Source of the DNA: an uncultured Gammaproteobacteria bacterium
Lineage (GTDB): Bacteria > Patescibacteriota > Patescibacteriia > Magasanikbacterales > GWA2-37-8
Length of the DNA: 60,354 bases
Assembly (NCBI GenBank): GCA_964641245.1
Contig: CAZXML010000006.1
Span: forward strand, 1-60,354
Reading direction: 5' to 3'
Shown here: piece by piece, positions 57,287 to 60,354 of the stretch
Position numbering within the stretch: position 1 is the first letter of the stretch
Layout: the number at the start of each line of letters is the position of its first letter
Notes under the pieces: model-generated
What the model saw: the letters and a program-made list of their open reading frames with translations, nothing else
The model's database searches: none
What the model was told of the DNA's origin: nothing
Translations under genes and position numbers: made by a program

Positions 57287-59479
57287 ATGTCAGTAAAAAA
57301 TTGGTCCATGGAATGGGGCGGAAGAACCCTGTCTGTGGAAGTAGGCAAGCTTGCATTACAAGCTAATTCTTCTTGTACAGTCCGTTATGGCGACACGGTC
57401 ATTTTGGCCACCGCCACCATCAGCAAAAATTCCCGCGAGGGCATAGACTTTTTGCCTTTAATGGTAAATTTTGAGGAAAAGTTATACGCCGCCGGAAAAA
57501 TAAAAGGCAGCCGCTTTATAAAGCGTGAAGGCCGCCCTACCGAAGAGGCCACTTTATCCGGCCGTTTGGTAGACCGCGCTATCCGTCCGCTTTTTGATGA
57601 GAACTTACGCAGAGATGTGCAGGTTATTTTAACCGCTCTGTCTTTTGACGGTGAGGTTGATTCGCAAATTCCGGCTATGATTGCCGCTTCAATCGCACTC
57701 ACCATTTCTCCAATTCCTTGGAAGGGGCCGATTGCCGGCGTTCGCGTTGGCCAAATAGACGGCCAGTGGAAAATTAACACCACTATTTCCGAAAGAGCCA
57801 TCAGCACCACAGACATTGTGGTGGCCGGCACTCCGGAAAAAGTAATTATGGTGGAAGCCGGTTGTAACGAAACAACGGAAGAAGATGTAATCGCCGCTAT
57901 GCAGTTTGGCGCTTCACAAATGGCTCCGATGATAGACTTTATCAATAAAATTCAAAAAGAAGTCGGACAAACTAAATATGATTTGTCCGGAACCGGCGAC
58001 GAAAAAGAAGCTGCTCTTCAAGAAGCGGAGAAATCCGCCATTGAATTGGTTTCCAGCCACGTGGATGATTGGATTTTTGATGTGCCAAAAATTGATCGCA
58101 GAGAACGAGTGGAATTAATCAACAAATTCAGCGACGCCATTGCCGAAATGTTGAAAGTCAAAGAAGTTGATGAAAAAATCACAAAAATTATTTTGGGACG
58201 CGTTAAAGTTTATGTGGAAAAATATATTACCGAACGCATTATTAAAAAAGATCAGCGTTTAGACGGCCGTTCCATTCACGAAGTTCGCCAATTATCCGCG
58301 GAAGTCAGTTTGTTGCCCCGCACTCATGGCACGGCTATGTTTATGCGCGGTGATACTCAAGTATTATCCGTTGTTACTTTGGGAGCTCCCGGGGATGTGC
58401 AGACATTAGACACCATGGAACAAGAAGGCACCAAACGCTACATGCATCATTATAGTGATACTCCGGCTACTTACGGAGAAACCGGCCCATTACGCGGTCC
58501 GGGAAACAGAGCTATCGGCCACGGCGCTTTAGCCGAGCGCGCTTTGGAGCCCATGCTTCCGCCGGAAACTGAATTTCCTTACACCATGCGTGTTGTATCC
58601 GAAGTTTTGGGTTCTAACGGCTCCAGTTCTATGGCTTCGGTTTGCGGTTCTTCCTTATCTTTAATGGATGCGGGCGTACCGTTAAAAAAACCGGTGGCCG
58701 GAATTGCCATGGGACTTGCCAGCGATGATAAAGGCAATTGGAAAGTTATTACCGATTTGCAGGATGTGGAAGACGGACCGGGCGGAATGGATTTCAAAAT
58801 TGCCGGAACCCGCGATGGTATTACCGCTATTCAAATGGATACCAAAACCGAAGGTTTAAGCTGGGAAATTGTGAAACAAACATTTGCTCAATCCAAAGAA
58901 GCCAGAATAAAAATTTTGGACTTCATGAGCAAAACAATTGCCGAACCCCGCGCCGACTTATCGCAATATGCTCCGCGCATTGTCACCATCAATATCAATC
59001 CGGATAAAATCCGCGATGTTATTGGTCCGGGCGGAAAAATGATTAACAAAATTATCGCCGAAACCGGAGTGGCTATAGACATTGAAGATGACGGACGTGT
59101 GTTCGTCACTTCAACGGACGCCGCCGGTATGGAAAAAGCCGTGCAGTGGGTAAAAGATTTGACCCGCGAAGTGGTGGCCGGAGAAACTTTTGAAGGCACA
59201 GTTGTCCGCTTGGAAGACTTCGGCGCTTTTGTGCAAGTTTTACCTGGCCAAGACGGCTTAGTTCACGTAAGCGAAATTGCCTGGACCCGAACCAACAAAC
59301 CAAGCGATGTCATGCATTTGGGCGACAAAGTAAAAGTGGTTGTAAAAGAAATAGACAGCATGAACCGCATAAGTTTAAGCATGAAACAATTAACTCCCAA
59401 ACCGGAAGGCTACGTAGACCAACCGGCCTTTGAACGCACTTCCCGCCCGCCTCAACGCGGAGGTGGCAGAGGAAGGTAA
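57287..59479 (+). CDS. pnp: Polyribonucleotide nucleotidyltransferase (PNPase).
   Basis: Two RNase PH domains (GRxxEEATL..., DGRSIHEVRQL...RTHGTAMF), a KH domain (IGPGGKMINKI) and an S1 domain (FGAFVQVLPGQDGLVHVSE). Confidence 0.95.
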   Translation: MSVKNWSMEWGGRTLSVEVGKLALQANSSCTVRYGDTVILATATISKNSREGIDFLPLMVNFEEKLYAAGKIKGSRFIKREGRPTEEATLSGRLVDRAIRPLFDENLRRDVQVILTALSFDGEVDSQIPAMIAASIALTISPIPWKGPIAGVRVGQIDGQWKINTTISERAISTTDIVVAGTPEKVIMVEAGCNETTEEDVIAAMQFGASQMAPMIDFINKIQKEVGQTKYDLSGTGDEKEAALQEAEKSAIELVSSHVDDWIFDVPKIDRRERVELINKFSDAIAEMLKVKEVDEKITKIILGRVKVYVEKYITERIIKKDQRLDGRSIHEVRQLSAEVSLLPRTHGTAMFMRGDTQVLSVVTLGAPGDVQTLDTMEQEGTKRYMHHYSDTPATYGETGPLRGPGNRAIGHGALAERALEPMLPPETEFPYTMRVVSEVLGSNGSSSMASVCGSSLSLMDAGVPLKKPVAGIAMGLASDDKGNWKVITDLQDVEDGPGGMDFKIAGTRDGITAIQMDTKTEGLSWEIVKQTFAQSKEARIKILDFMSKTIAEPRADLSQYAPRIVTININPDKIRDVIGPGGKMINKIIAETGVAIDIEDDGRVFVTSTDAAGMEKAVQWVKDLTREVVAGETFEGTVVRLEDFGAFVQVLPGQDGLVHVSEIAWTRTNKPSDVMHLGDKVKVVVKEIDSMNRISLSMKQLTPKPEGYVDQPAFERTSRPPQRGGGRGR

Positions 59480-59493
59480 AATTATCTAATAAA

Positions 59494-59529
59494 ATCAACT
59501 CCGACTCAATCGGGGTTGATTTTTTTTTC
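59494..59529 (+). terminator. Rho-independent terminator after pnp.
   Basis: ATCAACTCCGA-ctcaa-TCGGGGTTGAT followed by a T9 run. Confidence 0.75.
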
Positions 59530-59566
59530 TTTTCGTGGTTGAATTAGAGGCACAAAGGAGGAAGAC

Positions 59567-59818
59567 ATGACCGAACCGGCGACCCCCAGTACGTTTATTG
59601 AAGCAGTTCGAAAAGCCGATACGAGGGACGGCATTCTTTTCACTTTTCTCTTTGATCAAGGCGTGAGCTTGCTTATGCTTACCGCGAGTTATGAGAAGAT
59701 TGCCGATCTGTTAGGGGTTGACGCGCCCACCGTGACTCGTTGGCGGGTAGGCGTGAACTTGCCACAACGAGCAATGTGCCGTTCGATTTTGGAGAAGTTG
59801 GTAGTAGCTCTGATGTAG
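59567..59818 (+). CDS. Small helix-turn-helix (Cro/XRE-like) protein.
   Basis: A strong RBS (aaaggaggaag) is present. IADLLGVDAPTVTRWRVG is a helix-turn-helix segment. Confidence 0.5.
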   Translation: MTEPATPSTFIEAVRKADTRDGILFTFLFDQGVSLLMLTASYEKIADLLGVDAPTVTRWRVGVNLPQRAMCRSILEKLVVALM

Positions 59819-59874
59819 TTCATTAAAAGTAGATATAAAAATACGGGGCGCGCTTTTTGCTCGTCCCCAAATAT

Positions 59875-59958
59875 GCCGCGGTGGTGAAATTGGTATCCAC
59901 GCCAGCCTTAGGAGCTGGTTCCCGCAAGGGATTGAGAGTTCGAGTCTCTCCCGCGGCA
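59875..59958 (+). tRNA. tRNA-Leu (anticodon TAG).
   Basis: Acceptor is GCCGCGG/CCGCGGC. Anticodon arm is CCAGC-CTTAGGA-GCTGG. Long variable arm is TTCCCGCAAGGGATT. T arm is GAGAG-TTCGAGT-CTCTC. Confidence 0.85.
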
Positions 59959-59988
59959 CATAATAAATATAAATACGACACACCTAAA

Positions 59989-60270
59989 ATGGAGAAACAC
60001 GAAGCAAAAATATTCGCCGCCGAACTGGGCGCGGAAATGCCGCAGTTTGATTTGCATGAAAAATATCCTCATGAAATTGAGAATGATGTGAAATCATTTG
60101 TGATAGAAAATTACGGATTGGGTAAAGAAATGGTGCGAATTATTTACGGCGGTGGAACCGGGAAAATGAGGGAAGCGGTATTAGAAATTCTTAATCAGAA
60201 AGACCTGCAAAACATCATTGCCAATATAGATATAAAAGAGGGCAGTTGTGTAGTGGTGTATAAGGGCTAA
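59989..60270 (+). CDS. Smr (small MutS-related) domain protein.
   Basis: MVRIIYGGGTGKMREAVLEILN fits the Smr pattern (v.IIHGkGtG.L+). The start is moved to ATG 59989, because the track ORF start at 59857 overlaps tRNA-Leu. Confidence 0.6.
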   Translation: MEKHEAKIFAAELGAEMPQFDLHEKYPHEIENDVKSFVIENYGLGKEMVRIIYGGGTGKMREAVLEILNQKDLQNIIANIDIKEGSCVVVYKG

Positions 60271-60354
60271 TCTATCCACATTTTATCCCCGCCCGTAGCC
60301 CTGAATAAGATGACATACATCGTAGACACTTTTACCCCGCCAAAAGGATGCCGT

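Noticed and set aside
1-60354. An alternative genetic code (UGA as Gly, as in some CPR lineages).
   Set aside because: All conserved genes give full-length products under the standard bacterial code. TGA appears as a genuine stop, for example at the end of the histidine phosphatase gene at 24721-24723.

Overview
This 60.4-kb window is a gene-dense bacterial chromosome segment. By eye it is roughly 40% G+C, with a few clearly G+C-richer islets. The gene content looks like a Candidate Phyla Radiation (Patescibacteria/Parcubacteria-like) episymbiont; that is an inference, not a database result.

Surface and filament content is heavy:
- A giant fibre protein truncated at the 5' edge (2-5260). It has three near-identical ~1.27-kb tandem modules and an internal tail-fibre-type S74-like chaperone domain.
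- A 1014-aa Fn3 / Cys-module surface protein (5276-8320).
- A type IV pilus operon, pilB-pilC-pilM-pilN-pilO, on the minus strand (10771-16407).
- A separate minor-pilin cluster (43000-46917).
- Nine paralogs of a small signal-peptide + two-helix protein with VirB2/TrbC-like topology (49517-55895). No type IV secretion machinery is visible in the window. I rank this as the best candidate for an undescribed system.

Housekeeping content:
- ychF, rpsF-ssb-rpsR, epmA-efp, ruvB, galU, mntH.
- rpsO, then a NYN-domain gene, then pnp.
- A nucleoside-salvage islet: deaminase, deoxyribosyltransferase, ribokinase, phosphorylase.
- Class II B12-dependent ribonucleotide reductase (nrdJ) followed by a PduO-type adenosyltransferase.
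- Nine tRNA genes: Ala-GGC, Gly-TCC, Gly-GCC, initiator Met, Leu-TAA, His-GTG, Arg-TCT, Leu-TAG.

Non-coding structure is unusually rich:
- At least 14 copies of a nested palindromic element bounded by TTGTCAT...ATGACAA. One copy is expanded in a MITE-like way and one fragment sits in frame inside the adenosyltransferase gene.
- A second class of hairpins whose arms are built from short tandem words.
- A 31-nt motif present three times.
- Two cases where the 5' part of a tRNA gene is duplicated upstream of the intact gene. One of these brackets a small GIY-YIG nuclease gene whose stop codon lies inside the tRNA.
- An HNH endonuclease gene that abuts tRNA-Leu.

No CRISPR array, rRNA gene, reverse transcriptase or transposase was seen. 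All family calls rest on motifs read from the translations, so HMM or BLAST confirmation is needed throughout.
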